Source: Dendrobates tinctorius (taxonomy: Eukaryota). From it: a DNA stretch of 64,000 bases. The position numbers and the translations under genes are program-made. The notes below the pieces were generated by a model. It had not been told where the DNA came from and made no database searches. It saw only the letters and a list, made by a program, of their open reading frames with translations. Below, piece after piece: positions 62,776 through 64,000 of the stretch (position 1 is its first letter; each line of letters opens with the position of its first letter). The stretch lies in NCBI RefSeq assembly GCF_039654945.1, contig NW_027361982.1, positions 4,960,001 to 5,024,000 of the forward strand, read 5' to 3'.

Positions 62776-64000
62776 CATGCATTTTCCATAGACTGCAACG
62801 TTATAAAATCTGATTACCGTATTTTCTTCTGTGGATCAAAGCCGCTTTGTACACAAACATAAGTTAAACTGATTGAATAGGAAAAACACAGGATTTTCTT
62901 ATTCTTCATAATACAAACATTCAAATAAGTTTTTTTTTTACATTAGAGATGGATTTTTCGAGCGCAGCACAAAACCGTGGTGTGAAATGGACCTTAGAAA
63001 CGTGGGCTATTTGAGAGGTTTCAGCATAGGGTGCTAATAGAGAGATGATGGGAGTAATGCGGTGTACACTCGTGTATGATTGTCCCATGTGCACCGGGAT
63101 CACCGAGGACCTCATTATTTCTGATCCTGGGGATGCTGAGCTGTGAATGAGCCTTATAAGAGGGGATTATTGGCACAATAGCCGGGGATTGTAGATTAGT
63201 TTCTCCGCAGGATCCTCGTTCACAGTGACTCTGCCTTTACGCTATTAGCACTACTATCACGTCTGTGGAAGAAGGTTAGTATCTGCAAAATGTCATTTTA
63301 TAGGGATTTATGTATAATGCATTGAACGTTAGGACTGGACAAACCTTAATGTAACTACAAGACCCAGCAAACCTGGTTCATTAGTAAGTGCAGAGGTGTC
63401 GTGCATACAGGATACTATTGACATCAGTCATTCATTAGTATTTTCTACACGTGATAGCGATACAATGTGAATAGATCAGAAATCACAGGAGGACAAGTGA
63501 GATTGTAGTAAAATCTACGTATAATGTGACTACGATCTGCACCTTATCACCTGTAAGCAGTAGGGGCTAATAAGTACGCGAGGTGACAGAAGAAGCAGGC
63601 GGAAATTAAAGAAAAATGTCCCTTTCTTACGAGTTTTCAGGGTACATTTGCAGATGTTTGAGGGTTGGAAAGTTTTGGCTAGGAATTAAATTCCAGAGAT
63701 GAATGAAAGCTGGATAGGAGTCTTGAAGACGGCCTTACGTTTGCAACACAATTTGTGGTGGGCACAGTTTACATGGGAACTTGGATGACTGAAAATGATT
63801 TAACTAGGAAGAGTATTCCAGAGATGAGAGGAAGCTCAAGAGAAAATGGCAATAAGAGGGGAGCTGCGGTACAGAACCCTTGGATCTGATTTTCCCAACT
63901 TCCTAAGAAGCTGTGGAGGCAGAAATGGGAGTATCACGGAGAGGTGGATATACCCTAAATAATGGCTGGAGGGTAGACAGCAGCTCTGAGAACAGCAGGA

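Overview
This is vertebrate genomic DNA, almost certainly from an anuran (frog or toad). That assignment is inferred from the transposable element (TE) repertoire: T2-type MITEs, a TRT Tc1, and anuran-type hAT, Harbinger and piggyBac elements. The window is part of an olfactory receptor (OR) cluster. It has two intact single-exon OR genes (34093-35037, 48028-49026) and a duplicated OR 3' fragment, all within deeply nested TEs. Main points: (1) A 12.6-kb hAT element (8273-20907, 8-bp target-site duplication [TSD] CTAATGAG) carries a frameshifted BED-finger transposase, two different 130-bp tandem arrays, a decayed antisense 18S rRNA fragment and a nested PIF/Harbinger element. (2) That Harbinger (14329-18278) has no transposase but encodes an apparently intact 7-exon, 630-aa MADF/Myb-SANT + BESS-like protein that the ORF track shows only in pieces. 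(3) Two identical, canonical type I hammerhead ribozymes lie 257 nt apart (27237-27280, 27494-27537). They look like a retrozyme- or Penelope-like self-cleaving unit sitting inside a MITE, and several decayed or variant hammerheads occur in inverted-repeat structures elsewhere. (4) Telomere-like repeats are carried inside non-autonomous DNA transposons. (5) A 3-kb foldback hAT sits inside an L1 whose polyA signal is about 80 bp upstream of an OR splice acceptor. All calls were made by eye and no database searches were run.
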